DNA of 64,000 bases from Camelus dromedarius (taxonomy: Eukaryota): positions 94,242,001-94,306,000 of the forward strand of contig NC_087437.1 of NCBI RefSeq assembly GCF_036321535.1, read 5' to 3'. A model generated the notes under the pieces. That model did no database searches, was not told where the DNA came from, and saw only the letters and a list, made by a program, of their open reading frames with translations. Both the position numbers and the translations under genes were made by a program. Below, piece by piece: positions 1-13,535 of the stretch. The first letter of the stretch is position 1; the number at the start of each line of letters is the position of its first letter.

Positions 1-199
1 AGAATTTGATTGAAGCAAAAGGTACTGAAATCAAGGAAGAAATATTTCATCCAGGGATAGGGCTATTTTGAGGAACTGCGAAGTCCAGAAATATGAAGAC
101 AGTCTTGAACCTCATAAATATTTTCGCAGTGTAAGATTTCTTCTGCAAACTATTTTCTCACCTCCAACCCCTGCAGGCGCTTCTGTGCACACGGAGCAA

Positions 200-565
200 A
201 GGCACTAACGCTGCCTGGGTGATGGCTGGAAGGCTTCCTGGACAAGATGACACACAAGTCAAGTGTTGAAAGATGCACAAAAGCCAAGCAGGATGGAGAT
301 ACTTATTCTAGGAATGGGAAGCATAATGGAAAATACATCAGAGACATGCACGAACATGTGCAAAAGGCAGATTATGAGCTTGGCAGACTAGTGAGTTTTT
401 ATGTTACTCAAATTAGAATATCAAGCCCAACCTAATGATACTTTAAGCTGGAGACTGACATGAACAGATTTAAATTGCAGAAGATCATCCAAGCAGCATT
501 ACAGGGCATCAAATGGAAGATGGCAGAGAAATCATTTAGGAGGCTGTGGCAATGATCTCAATGAC
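200..565 (-). mobile_element. Old L2 LINE fragment (approximate bounds)
   Basis: Purine-rich degenerate sequence ending '...agaaatcatttaggaggctgtggcaatgatc', resembling antisense L2 as remembered; heavily diverged. Confidence 0.35.
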
Positions 566-1006
566 TTGATATCATGCTCTCAAATCTCCGTATTATGTGC
601 AGGAACGAGCCTACTAGTGTTTACTGAGAGCCCACGTCTCTCGTGACCAGGAACCACCCTGGGCCTCATATCTTAATGTGAATAAATTTTTATTCCATTA
701 AGTTTGTATATTCTATGTGATAGAAGTTATATATTATACATTATTCTTGCTGAATGTTTAGTACTATAAGAAAAATTAAAAATCATTTTATATTTTAATT
801 ATTGACTATTAATAGAGTTCACCATGTTTTATGTTTAAAATAAATCTATTAAAAAATATGAGAGACTAACTAGAAAAATACACCCACCACAATGAATGCA
901 AGGAGAACAAATATTTACTTGAAGAATAATTTTAGTAATCTATATAGAAAATAGCACCAGACTTGCCAGAAATATTTTACATATTTGAGTCCTTTATGTG
1001 ACTCAC

Positions 1007-1126
1007 CTTCCAGCTTAGCTCTTGAGAATTATGTGAATGATTCTCAGCAATTGATGGAGTGATTTCAGCCAAAATAAATTCAGATTTAGAAATATAGTGG
1101 CCTTACAATTTTCTTTTACTTCCTAC
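1007..1126 (-). other. Candidate non-coding spliced exon (120 nt)
   Basis: Minus strand: acceptor 'gttctttttgttttgtag|G' and consensus donor 'AAG|gtgagt'. Stops in all three frames and no ATG. Confidence 0.3.
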
Positions 1127-1644
1127 CTACAAAACAAAAAGAACAGCTGCAAATAAAGAAATATTCAAATTTTTGTTTAAAAATATTTGTAGTACTAAGC
1201 AGAAATTCATTTCGAATAATGCTGGAAATACAATTCTATATAACAATCAGTCAGAGCAGTTGTTTTATTAGAGTATCTGTTTTATAACATTTAACGGATT
1301 TCTGCTTGATGTTTATTTCCAGTTTGTTTGATTCTTCATTATATGTAAACATTTTGAGACAGAACATATTTCACAAATTGTTTGTATTCTTTAATTTTAA
1401 AACAATAATGCACTCATTGTAAAATATGTCACAACTAAAGAAAAACACTTCAATTTTTATAATTTCCAATGAAAACTCTTACAGTTTATGTTATCATGAA
1501 TTTACTATTGTATTTCAATAAACTCTATTTACATGCAGACATTAAAATATCACCAAAATATTAATAGTTGTCTAAATTTTAGAGTCCATATTAAATCCTT
1601 TGTTGAATCTTGCTATGGAAATATTAATTTGGGATCCAACTATT

Positions 1645-1681
1645 AATACAGTAGGTTATAAAATACAGTAGGTTATAAAAT
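1645..1681. repeat. Perfect 17-bp tandem duplication (aatacagtaggttataa x2)
   Basis: Read directly: 1645-1661 equals 1662-1678, then a partial third unit. Confidence 0.95.
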
Positions 1682-3279
1682 TTGAATGTGAACACACAGA
1701 AGAGAGCTGTACAAATCACAATTAGAAAGCAAGGGTTCAATTTGTCTATTACATAAAATAAGAGAACATTAATTCAAACTATACAGGCTTCCACTCCAAA
1801 AAACATAAATAAATAGGATTTTTTAAAGCAGAAGCAAAATATGTAGATTTTGAAACATATTCTTAAGAAAATATGCAAACAATGGCTTAAACATTAATAT
1901 ATTTAGTTAGCATTTTTTTAAATTTCTGAAATATAAAAGGAGCTGTTTTAACAAAGAAAGTTAACTGTACAAGGTTTAAGGAACACTTGGCTAAATATAT
2001 TAATTGTCTTCTGAATAGAGTTGATTGGCTCTTGGTATCCATTCCTAAATTATATTTTTAAACAAATTTAAGACTTTTCTTTCCCTTTAATATGTATTCT
2101 GATAGGTTTATTGATTAGATAGAAAAAGATATTTTTATACAGGGCGACTTTAGTAAATTATATTGACAAACATTTGACTTAGGTCTAAGGCATGGCCTGA
2201 ACAAACTCATTAAATCCAATGTATTCAATATGATCCCCCAGTATAACTATTACTAAGATTGCTTTGGGAAATGACATCACAGAAATCAGCAGGAGTCATG
2301 TAAACAAAGTCTTATTCACATAGTGTGATTTATTATATATAGATCCAATTATGTTTGTTCAAATATTTGCTAGAGGCTAGTTTTATATATTCCCAAATTT
2401 TAATTTACTCAGAAAAGGAGACGGCCACATTAACTGTGACATGTTTAAACAGGAATAGTCACAGTTTTTGCTTCTTTCAGAACAAGGTTTTATTAACTGA
2501 TATCCTCATTCTTAAAAAAAAAAAAAAGAAGGTGGAATGCAAATTTATGTTAGTTTTACTAGTAAAAATCCATCTCTTAACAATAATGGATAGTTTTAAA
2601 TGGACATATTATGCTATAAACATAATCAAGAAATAGCTGAGAAAACCTGAGCCCATCATATGGAATGAACTTTAAACAGTCCTATGCCACTATCATAAAT
2701 CTACACAGAGACAGACATTAGGAATTGCTAACTTATTCCAATGTGTAACTGATAAAAGCAACATTCACTCATAGTTACAGTATTTTTAAATTATTTTTTC
2801 TAGCACATTTTTTCTTCATATTCCAGGGGCAAGGAAAGGATAAACTGCTATTCCAATGAAAGGAAAAGTTGAAGTGAAGCATTCACTTTCTTTGAACTAA
2901 CATGGGTAGTGAATTATATTATACATATAATGTTCATTTATGAACTCAAGCCTTTTAGACAGGAATGGATGCTGCAACAGCTCATACAGTCTTTACCTCA
3001 TTTGTGAAATGCTGAGATAAATGGTTCATACATTTTCCCAGTCTCTACTCGAACTCTACTGACTGTGCTTTCTCAGCTTAGAGTGGCTGGGCAGTGACTT
3101 GGTCCTAATTTTTATTAGAGCCTTTTCTTTCATCCCGCTGGCTCTACCCTGTTTGCCTCTGTGACTCATGCAGTCCACACCAGATTTGTTACGTTCTTGA
3201 AAGACTTCCAATGTAGTGATTACGAAGGGTAACTTATATGCATGTTATGCAACAGGCATTGGGTCTACCAGACACTCAT

Positions 3280-3556
3280 CCTACACAAGTCAGAGCTCAG
3301 ACACACTTTCTGCAGGAGGCCTTCTCCTCCAGGCAGACAAAATTGGGTGGCCTTCCTCTGAGTTGTCATGGCAACCTATACTTATTTCCATCTAAGCCCA
3401 CATCACAGTGTCTAGTGACTGTAACCATGCTTTATCATTGCATCCTCAATGAGAGGACCTGTGTATTTTGTCATTGCATGGCTAGTGACTTGCACAGTAT
3501 ATGGACTGGTACAGATCTGAACAAATGTTTGTAAATGATTTTATGAATAAGTGAAA
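3280..3556 (+). mobile_element. L2 3' end
   Basis: 'ggaggccttctcc...gagaggacctgtgtattttgtcattgc...cacagt...aacaaatgtttgtaaatgattttatgaataagtgaa' follows the L2 3' terminus pattern, which ends in degenerate (TGAA)n. Confidence 0.6.
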
Positions 3557-3599
3557 TATCACAACCTCTAATCACAAATTGCTTAGCCTCTAGAGTTGA

Positions 3600-4150
3600 C
3601 AGACAAGAAAATCAATAACAGTATTGAGTGCTAATGGGAAAATGCACAGGTGGAAGCACAAAGAAAGGGCACCTACCTCAGTCTAAGGGACACAGGCAAA
3701 GCTTCCCAGAGGACAGAAGACATGAGCTGAATCTTGAAAGATAAATAAGAATTATTCAGGCTGAGAAAATAGAAAAGGGTTTCCAGGTGGAAGAAGCAAT
3801 ACCTGCAAAGGCATGGAAACTGAGAGCCCACAGAGAATGGGCAAATACGAGATTTCAACTATGCCTTTTGGTCCCACGTTAAAGAGTTTGAATGTAACCC
3901 TTTAATCAGAGGGGACTCATAATGTTATTTTTAGTTACAGAATTCTATTATCAGATTTAATGTTAGTTAATTTTAATTCAAAGTATTAGCCAATAAGGTA
4001 GAAGCCTGAGTTGGAAGAAGGATGAGATGAGGATGGGGAGATCACATTCTAAGCAGGTGCCACAGGCCAAGTGGAAAGTGAGTCAGAGCCTTGCAGTAAG
4101 ATGATGGCATTGGGAACTGATGCTAAAATAGAATCAAATGGTGGCATTGG
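3600..4150 (-). mobile_element. L2 fragment
   Basis: 'aaagcttcccagaggacagaagacatgagctgaatcttgaaagataaataaga...tgcaaaggcatggaa' is typical antisense L2. Confidence 0.6.
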
Positions 4151-4249
4151 GAATCAAGATATGAAAATGGAAGAATTGATATTAATCTATGATTAGATGT
4201 ACAATGACTACAAGTCTGAAGACCTACCCCCCCCACCCCCGGTAATTAT

Positions 4250-4810
4250 ACAGCCTGGATCAAGGGTGCAAAGGGAGAGCTGAATACCCCGTGTCTAAAT
4301 ATTTAAAAGTTTTGGGTCAAGGTACAAAATCACTAAATACAATATATCTAGCCTTCTACCTTGGAAATAAATCTTCATAATGACCTGGAAAGCCAGGTTA
4401 AAGATTAAGATTCTAGTAGTCTTTGGGGCTCCATACTGGAATATGACGACTGCAGGAGATCTTATCCTACATTTGACTCTACCCTACATGATAAAAGGCC
4501 TCAAGCATTCCCATGTGGACATACAAGTTCTATCCAACCCCCTTTCCCTTTGGGCCATTCCTTGGGCCGCAGATGTCTACTCTCTGGAGCAGTGCCCTGG
4601 AAAAGAGGCCTGCACGGGTCTAGAAAGCAGGCTCAGGGTCAATTGGGTGGAGGATTTGGGATTCCAGGTACCCAGAACATGGTCTACAGAGGGCTACAGT
4701 CCCCATGGGGTCACATCCCTTGACTCTGAAGACCTCTTCTTGTCCTGACCCTGCACACCATTTGTAGTGTGAGGTGGCCCTAGATTTGGTCCAAATGGAG
4801 TGTTTTAACA
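4250..4810. mobile_element. Probable ancient non-autonomous hAT-type DNA transposon remnant
   Basis: 'gtctaaatatttaaaagtt...ccttctaccttg...cttcataatgacctggaaagccaggtt' resembles a eutherian DNA-transposon consensus I recall. Subfamily not identified and terminal inverted repeats (TIRs) not resolved. Confidence 0.35.
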
Positions 4811-6914
4811 TAGAGAGTTCCTTAATAGTACTAAATAAATTTTAGCGACTACATTTGTTTTTTTTTTCTGATTATTCATTGCCCTATTTTCTGTTCTGTT
4901 AAATGCTAGAGGTGAGGCTTCCTAAGTGTTCCCTTTGAACATGAGTGTTCACTGCTAATGCTTTCTACAGAGTTCCTTAAACAAAAAGACTGCATGTCCT
5001 GAGAATGCCTCTCACTGTTGCAATGAAAAGGGTGGAAAGCTAGTCTGTTTTAAGCAGGTAAATTTGATCTTGCAGTCTGTTTTTGTCCTTTTAATTCATT
5101 CCAGAGATTCACTATCACATGCCACAGCTGCATAAACTGGGGTTAAAAGCCCTCTGTTTGCTTTCTCATTGTGTTTTTTCTGTTTAACTACCAATTATAT
5201 GTAAGCCAATTATATGTATGTTACATTAGTCCAAAGTTTTTTGTTTTCATTCTGTTCTCCACCATTGACTATCTGGATGACCTTGGACAAGCTACTTAAT
5301 CACTCTGTTTTTACCTTGTTTTCTCAACTGCTTAGCCACATCAAAGAGTTACCAAACAAGGAGAAAGTGAGGTAGAAAACCTTACTTTTCAAAGGTTTAT
5401 CAGGATGCAAAATGCTGTAAGAATTATAATATGCTATGCAAAAAAGTTTTTTATAAAGGAGAGTTTTTCCTCGCTATTGTGAAAAACATTCGTATGCCAG
5501 TTTTTAGTAAGTCTTTTTATTCTTATTTACTGAGATGGAAGGAGGTTAATACACACTGTGGAATTAAAGCCAATAATATCCTGGTCTTCCTTGACCTTAA
5601 TGGATTAGTATACTACTTCAAACCAAATAATGATTGCCATCATCAATAATAAAAGCATGACTTAATTAATTTGTTATTTTACTAAAATTAAATTAATGTA
5701 AAAGTATTTAGATTTCATATGAATTTCTCTCCTGTTTAGGCAGGTAAAAGTATAATTTATTGAAATAATTTTAAGATTCATGATTATGTTCAATTAATAA
5801 AAAATTCTAAAATAGAATCATTTAAAAACTTCCAGAGATTGTAAAATCAAAATTGAGGCCCCATACTTTATATATATAGTTTTAATGACATATTCTAGGG
5901 AACTTTATATAATATTATATTAACTGTTTCATAAATATTGATTCAAGTTATCAAAAAGCTATGTATAGACAACTGAAGGCAACTATAATAGTTCCAATCT
6001 ATCTAAAAATATGAAAACAGTATAGGTACATAAAAATTATGACATTTAAATTTGACTTACACAGTCTTTCCCCACTTTCCTAAAATATTTTCTTTACAGT
6101 TTCTGAAATTCTTGCTGCTGAAGATTCCATATTCAGTTTGAAATTAAAGTGAAGAGTCATGAAATGGATGTAGGTCAATTTGTTTGGTAGAGGGGGTCAG
6201 GGGTGAAACAGTAGGTCCAAGTGCAATGCTCAAACATTTCAAGAATCAAGATCGCACTTTGTGCTGCAAAAAAAAGAGCATGCACTGATATGACTCATGC
6301 TATTAGTTGTATTTTTAATCTATATATTGACTAAAGAAACCTAAAAACCAAAAACAAAAACAAAAAAGAAGATATTTTTGTTGACTCTGAATTTAACACA
6401 TAACTCAGATGAACCATAATTGAATGAAAGAATACAATAATTAAAAAAAGGTTTTTTTCACCTATTACCTTTTTTTCTTTACCTATTAAAATATTTTTTT
6501 CTCACCTATAATCTCATCTCTTATTTTATCCACAAGTGCCACTAGTGTAGTAAAAAAAAAAAAAAAAAGGAGGAATAAACATGTTCTTACTTTTTTTTAG
6601 GGTACATGTTCAGCCTTTCATGATTTTTCTTTCAAATAGCCTGCTTTTTTATTTTTCTTTGTGTGACATTTTGTTATAGTGAGAAGTTTATGGAAAATCA
6701 TAGTGGGGGGTAATCTGGTCTATGTGTTGCTCCTGTTGTCTCCCCCGGAGAGTCATTGGTGAGGAAAGCTCATCTCATTTTGCATTGGGCATTGGTCTCT
6801 GTCCTATAAGCATCCACCAGGAAGAGCCTGTGACAAGTGGAATTGACTGTTGGAGAAACCCACCATGATTGCTCACAGAGAGCTTGGCCATTACCCCTAG
6901 CTGACACAACTTAT

Positions 6915-7160
6915 TTAACAAGCACAAATACAGTGCTTACCATGTACCAGATACTATTCTAAGTGTGTTATAGTTATAAATGGATAGAGCTTAATAACAG
7001 CCCTAAAAGAAAGGCACTATTAATAATCTACTACAGATGATGGGACGGAAGTCTAGTGAGGTTAAGTAACTTGCCCAGAGTCACTCAGCTAGTAAGAGGC
7101 ATGGCTGGATTTAAACCCAAGGAGTCACTCTTTTGAGTCCACGTAGGTCACACTCTACTA
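6915..7160 (-). mobile_element. MIR SINE, near full length
   Basis: 'tgcttaccatgtaccagatactattctaag...tacagatga...gaggttaagtaacttgcccagagtcactcagctagtaag...ggatttaaaccca' matches the antisense MIR core. Confidence 0.85.
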
Positions 7161-7702
7161 GTCTCCTTTTCACTACCCTCTGGTGCTGCTAAAACCAAAG
7201 ACTCCACTGTGTTCTTCCCCTGAGAGTGGCTTAGATCTGCCCAGACAGGCGCCTCAGTTATAGGGATGCCTCTCCTCTGCCTTCAGTTGAACTCTAAGCA
7301 GAATCACCACTCAATCCTCAGCTACTTAAAGGTGACACAAGAATTTGAGTGTTTATTCAATGGCACATGCAGTCTGTTTGAACACACAACACTTGTCTCA
7401 GATCTTCTTTCTGCTTAAACATGTATCACTTCTTTTAATGCAGCTACTGTCATGAGTAAATGGGACAAAATCTCTCTACTTTAGGTTTCCCCTTCATTTT
7501 GGAGGCGTAGGTGTAGCTGGCGTGTGCTAAGACCCTTCTCAGAGATTCAGGCAGAGTCTTCATCTGGTATCATCACCTCCAATACAGGCTTACCTTTCAG
7601 GAACTAACTATAAGGACTTCACAATCCTTCCTCCAGGGAAATGACATTCCTTATGTTTACACTCTTCAAATAATGACTTACAGTGAGCTTTGTTCTTGAA
7701 GG

Positions 7703-7949
7703 TTTTTTTTTTTTTTATTGAAGTATAGTCAGTTTACAATGTTGTGTTAATTTCTGGTATACAGCATAGTGATTCAGTTATATATATATACACACACATA
7801 TTTATTTATATATATATTCCTTTTCATATTCTGTTTCATTATAAGCCATTACAAGGTATTGAATATAGTTCCCTGTGCTATACAGAAGGACTTTGTTGTT
7901 TATCTATTTTATATATAGTAGTTAGTATCTGCAAATCCCAAACTCCCAA
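7703..7949 (-). mobile_element. Young 5'-truncated L1 3'UTR with poly(A) tail
   Basis: T14 then 'attgaagtatagtcagtttacaatgttgtg...gaatatagttccctgtgctatacag'. Same family as 18577-19041. TSD ttgaaggttt (7696-7705) / ttgaagattt (7950-7959). Confidence 0.9.
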
Positions 7950-9378
7950 TTGAAGATTTAAAAATATTTTAAAAATCTATCTACAAATAACCTAGTTTGG
8001 GTATCTATTACTTCTCAATTGACTCAGAAAGTCTAACAATTCAAAGATGAGCAAAATTCTCTGCTCATGGTTCTAGTCAACTCCTTCAGCCCATTGGCAT
8101 TTACTTAATGGCTGGGAGAAAGATAAGATTATGAGAGTAAAAATGCGTTGGCTTTTATATCTCAAATATCTCTCTACCACTATTGTACGTTAGGTATTAC
8201 TTTTAAATATATTTGCATATTCTGTTTCGCAAAATCACCTTCTTTCAGTTGAGAAGGTTTGGTACTAAATGAATGAGACAATATTCCTTTAGTCTATGAT
8301 CAATATTTGATGGACACAGATATTTGCAGGCTCCTTATAATAACCCGTGACCACCTGGAAAACCAGTAATGCACGGCCTCAGTGGCACAAAGCAGTTTCA
8401 CACGGTGGGGAATTTGGTGTTCTGTACACAAAAGAATGAACTGAGGGCAACGGGTTGAATCATTAAAGAACAGGTAGAAGGATAATGGACTAAAATTCAC
8501 TTTCTTTCCACGGTTAGGAACTTATATTTTGGGATCAGCCATTCTAAAACCGGCCAATACATACATTAGAAAACGAATTGATTTGGCTAAGAAAGAATGT
8601 AGAAATCGTAGTTTTGTATTGTCAGAAGGACCCCGGTAAGTGACAGCAGTGACGATAGCAGCAACAATTTGATGGCAGTTCTCCAAAGATCTTGTTTTCC
8701 TGTTTAGAGTCTCAAAAGGTTCCAAACAGCATGAATGCTTTATTAACATTTAGACCTCACGAGGTGGCTTCTTTCTGTGGATAAAAAACAAAGGCACTCA
8801 GGGATTCCAGTTTCATTCACATCTGTAGCTTCTGCTTTTGTCTAAATTTGATATTTTTGACAATACACCCTTCAGCAAAAAGCTTCAACAGCTTGTGTAA
8901 TTATTAACATGAGTGCTGCAAACCTTTTGTACTGTACTTAAGAGTGGCCAACCTTCACTGTCAGGAAAATCCTGGAAAATTAAATTAGGACAATAGATGA
9001 AATAATGGATGTGAGGGAGTGAAATCCCTAAGTGCTCTGGTCGTGCTGCTAATGAAGAAAGATTCCCCCCTCCCCTTTTCTCTCAGTTGAGTGTCAGATC
9101 TCAGCCATAAATATGTACCTTATACGCTATTTTCTTTTTATATAAGCTGCTAATGATTTCTTGAGTGGTTCCTTTAAAATGGTCTCTTTAATACAATGTT
9201 TCAAAACCACTGTTGCATTAACAGACTGCTCTAAAATAAGCCAACTTTCCAATTACAAAAAAAGAAAAAGAAAAATAGAAAGAAATAAAGAGGGGGAGAG
9301 AAAGATGAAAAGAAAGCTATCAGATCTTGCCTGTCTTTAGAGTATGTGTCTAAAAGCATTTTTATATGGCCCTCTATT

Positions 9379-9410
9379 AAAATGACACAAAATGACACAA
9401 AATGACCCAA
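9379..9410. repeat. 10-bp tandem repeat (aaaatgacac) x3
   Basis: Read directly; the third unit has one substitution. Confidence 0.9.
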
Positions 9411-10547
9411 ACACAACTGTGGCCCTCCAATAACCTAGTGCATGAGGCAATATGTTACTGACTCAGTTGGGAATAAAAACAGCTTCCCACAGAAACATTG
9501 ACGGAAATAATTCATGTAATAGCAAACATGATGACCAGGAATTTCAGTATCTCTTCTAGAGCTTGCTTTATTTGTTTTTTCTAATTTTATGTAAGCCTTT
9601 ATATAATTGTGGAACATTAGTGTTAGCAAAAGGGGACAGATTTTTCATTTTCTGAGTCAAAGTGAACCATCAATGAAAGACAAATGAATTCAGTTGGTTG
9701 TTGATATTAATGAAAAACTAGATACATATTTAGAGAGTTCAAAAAAAAAAAAGGAATATGGATAAATGGTTGGGAAAGGGAAAATATTCACGTTGGAGAA
9801 GAGCAGACCCATCGTGTCCATTTCCAGCATGAACTGAGGTAACGTAACGCTGCTTAGTGTTTTCGCTACCTCTTCCAGAGGACGTAGAATTACAAGCCGA
9901 TCTAGGACTTAGGGCCTCCTTTGGGGTGTGGCACAGAGACAGGAGAGAGCGGGGAAGATGGGAATGCAGCCAATCATATTTCTTCATCAAAGGCATGCAT
10001 AGTCTAGAAAAACAGTTCTCAAGCATCTCAGAACAAAAGCCCCCTTTTAATAGTAAATGTTTTGTAACATTTATTACACACACATATTTTTAAAACACAC
10101 TAACTTTAACGTATAGGAGAAAAAAATGTAGTGTGATTTATACCAACATAGTTTTATTTATAAATGCTCAAGTGTGACTACAGTAGAAAATCTTGTGAAT
10201 GATGACTGCACACACAGACACACACACACAGTTACAGGCGCCTGGAAACCCAGCCACACATACAGAGTGGCCCAGGAATGTCCTACTGGGAACGTGAGTA
10301 CCATAATTATTGTTGGCCTCAAAGACACAGTTTCTCGAAATGAACACTAACTCTTGGTAATTCTGAAAAATAACAGCAAAATGGTATGTTCCCAGGTCAA
10401 CGTATTTTGTAGTATTCTACTCTGGAAATTTTAGTACGTGCTAAAAACTCTGAAAAGAAACACTTTATGTTTAAATACGAAGTTTGTTCTGCATAGGATA
10501 AGATTTCAAGTGGCTTTTCACAGAAGTGATTGCCTGGGGAAATTTTA

Positions 10548-10749
10548 AATTTTGTGAAATTCTGAGTAATTCTTCATTATGAAGAACTGTCCCAGACATT
10601 TCAGAATGCCTAAGACACCCAGCCTCTGTCCATTAAAAGCCTTTAGCACCAAACATCTTTCCCTAGACTCATTGTGACAGGAAAAACAACGACCACAAAT
10701 TTCCAAAACTTTCTGTAGGGGGTGGTGCCTTTGCTGTTGAGAATCCATG
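10548..10749 (-). mobile_element. MER20-like hAT-Charlie DNA transposon fragment
   Basis: Reverse complement 'CATGGATTCTCAAC...TGTCACAATGA...GGACAGAGGCTGGG...GGGACAG...AAGAATTA' tracks the remembered MER20/MER20B consensus. Confidence 0.7.
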
Positions 10750-12409
10750 CTCCTGAAAAATGTGCAAAATATCTTCATGTGGAATTCAGTTCTATGTTTC
10801 AAACTCTATGCGATCTATAGTGAAGAGAGATTCTGGAACTGTTAGGCAGCTTCTTTCCTAGAAGACAGATGCATTGTGCCCTCTGATTACACTTGATGAA
10901 CTGCTAAGCATTTTAATGGATGGATGTCTAGTGCAGGCCTGCCTGGCATCCTCAGATTCTGTAGGAAGTGCTGATCTCTGGCTGCTGTTTGTAGCGGCAC
11001 ATCTGAGAATTCTTGTCTTTGTTGTTAGTGTGCCACATTCCTGTGTGGTACAACCAGTGAGGATCTTTGACTTTGTTCTTTGGCTCTACTGAGTGTGACT
11101 GCTGTAACACACAGCAAAGTCCTCTCCAGTTACGGGCAGTGATTACTCCTACCCAGGAGCTTCCTCTTGCTTTTCCCTCCTTCCTCTCCCTAATTCCTGG
11201 GAATCGGTAATGTGAATGCTGTCTGAAGTCAGAAACATGTCAGCTGTGACATACCAGATCCAGCTCTTTTTTCTTCCCAGCTTCTATTTTACACACCAAA
11301 ACATAAATGAGAGGCATGGTTGAACAATATACCCCAGGCTATCTATGAAGTAGCAAATTCTAAACTGAAAATACTTACAGTTGTCTCCCTGGAGCTGGAC
11401 AAGTAACACATACAACCATGATTACAACACAGCAAACTTCCCTGTAAATTTCAGGGTCATCATAAGTGCACAAGTGCAAGTGTAACATCATTCAGGAAAT
11501 CTGAAAGAGGGCATTTTCTTAGAATGAATGAGAGCCATTATATGTGGTCTCAGCATTCACCAGGGATTAGTGAAGTGTATGTCTTGGGGGATGAGCATGA
11601 GAGATACTGCTTTCTATACCTCCTATGTTTTCTATACCTAGCTTTGCATCCTTTTTCCAACACTTAGAAAAATTTCCCTAGAAGGATGCAGTTCACCATT
11701 CTTTCCATATCAATATCGAAATACAGGATGCAATTCCTCAGGAGCCCCATGTACTCCAAGGGTAAGATTTAGATTTCAATGCCTCACTGGCATTATCAAA
11801 ATTGATCTCCTCCCTAAGGCTACTCTTCTTCTTTTACAAGGGCAGTAGTTGCTTTCCCCTTCTACTTCTTCCTGTATCTTTGATTCTCAGGTAGATTCAG
11901 CTTATAACATTATTTATATCAATAGGGAAACTAATTAATTATAAATCAGCATGACTCAAGGGGCAATGAAATCGTGAATTGCAACCCATTACCACTTCAA
12001 AGTCAAGTTTCTTCACATTTTACGTCACCCTTGGACACATATCAGTATCCAAGATACTCCTTTCTTGTTACATTTGATGTTATTCAATAAAACTTAAATT
12101 CTTCTTCCTTTGCCTATGACCTGAGCTCTCCATAATAATACTAAGTACTAATATCCAACCAGGACAGTACCATTTGTCTTATCACTTGCCCAAGGCCATC
12201 TACAATTTGGGTAAAATGACTGGTGTCAAATTTAAGACTGCTTAGGTCATAGTATCACCTCTTCTCTTTTGTTTAGTTGCATGTCCTCCACTTCTACAGC
12301 TATTTAGCTACCTATAAAATTCTGGGACCTATAATATTGGCAGACCTACTACTATTTCCTATCAGCCATCATATCACAATCTGTTCCGTGGGAACTCACT
12401 GTAAAGCTT

Positions 12410-13036
12410 TGTCAATGCAAATAATCAATAAACAATCTATAAGAGGAATAGAAAACGATTTTATTTGAGCCAAACCGAGCCCTATAGCGTGAGAGACACA
12501 GACTCAAGAAGCACTGGAGTTGTTTTGCTGGACTACAATGTAGGGAATGCTCATAGAGGCAAAAACTGCAAAGTTACATAAGTTGTCTGTCAAGAATTAG
12601 GATTCATCTGACAAGAAGTAGGAGTGCTTGTTAAGCAAGGATTTATTAGGGTCTGAAATGACTGCACAGATACAAGGAGAAATCTTGAGACCAAAAGGTT
12701 GCAGCTGGCCTATACTGATAGCCTATTTTGTTTTGAGAATAGCTGGTGGTGTCTTTGAGTTTGACATAATTCAGAAAATTTAGGTTCTCAGTAATACAGA
12801 AGTGTGTCTGAAACCACATCCACAGTGGTCACCTGGCTCCACTTCGAGTGCCCAAACCACAGTTACTCCATTTTGATTTGTAAGCACATTATTTTCTTTA
12901 ATGGTTGAAGCAGATGTATAATAAATGTTTGGCAGGCCATAAGATAGGCTGCTGTAGTTAGCATAAAGTTCAAGCCAAATCACATATAATCCAGAATGAC
13001 TTTCCCATACCTCAATATGTGAAAGTTTCTTTCATT
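12410..13036 (-). mobile_element. ERV1-type LTR (probably solo)
   Basis: Minus strand ends ...CATTGACA, with AATAAA about 50 nt before the end and 'CAAAATGGAGT' near the 5' part, as in MER4-group LTRs. Right boundary and TSD not cleanly resolved. Confidence 0.65.
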
Positions 13037-13535
13037 AACTTACCTTGTCCCATTGCCAGATCTCTGGGTAGAACGCTTGTTTCTCTATATTAGATAATTT
13101 ATATTCCATAGCAGAGGAGCTTTGAACTAGTTCTATGGCACCACTTGGTTCAATCACAGCCAGAATGATGATCAGATCAGAATGCCCATTTTCTTCCTTA
13201 AACCAACACTAGCAATAATGCCCACTCCAGGAAAAGGTGAGAAAGCAGGCGCCTAATTACTTCACCAAATATCAATACTCATCTTTGAAGGATGTGCAGA
13301 AGAGTCTTCATATAACAAGTGTGCCTTGTATTCCATTTATTTAGAGCCCTCATAGAAGGAGGAATTGGAGATGGTGCTTGAACCTAATTCAACCAGAATC
13401 CTTAGCTCCTTAGCGATCTGGAACCTCAGGCAGTCTGCATAAATACCCTTCTCCAGTGGAATTAAAGTCTCTCCTACTTGAGTCAATTCAATATTCTTGC
13501 CTTCCCCCAGCCTCTTCAGTTTCTTTTCCACTTCT

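Noticed and set aside
4380..4811. 122-aa and 63-aa overlapping ORFs
   Set aside because: No recognisable domain; they lie in a probable DNA-transposon remnant where higher GC lengthens chance ORFs.
9739..10093. Overlapping 114-aa and 78-aa ORFs
   Set aside because: Non-ATG starts and no recognisable protein; more likely non-coding, possibly regulatory (CCAAT, catcaaag).
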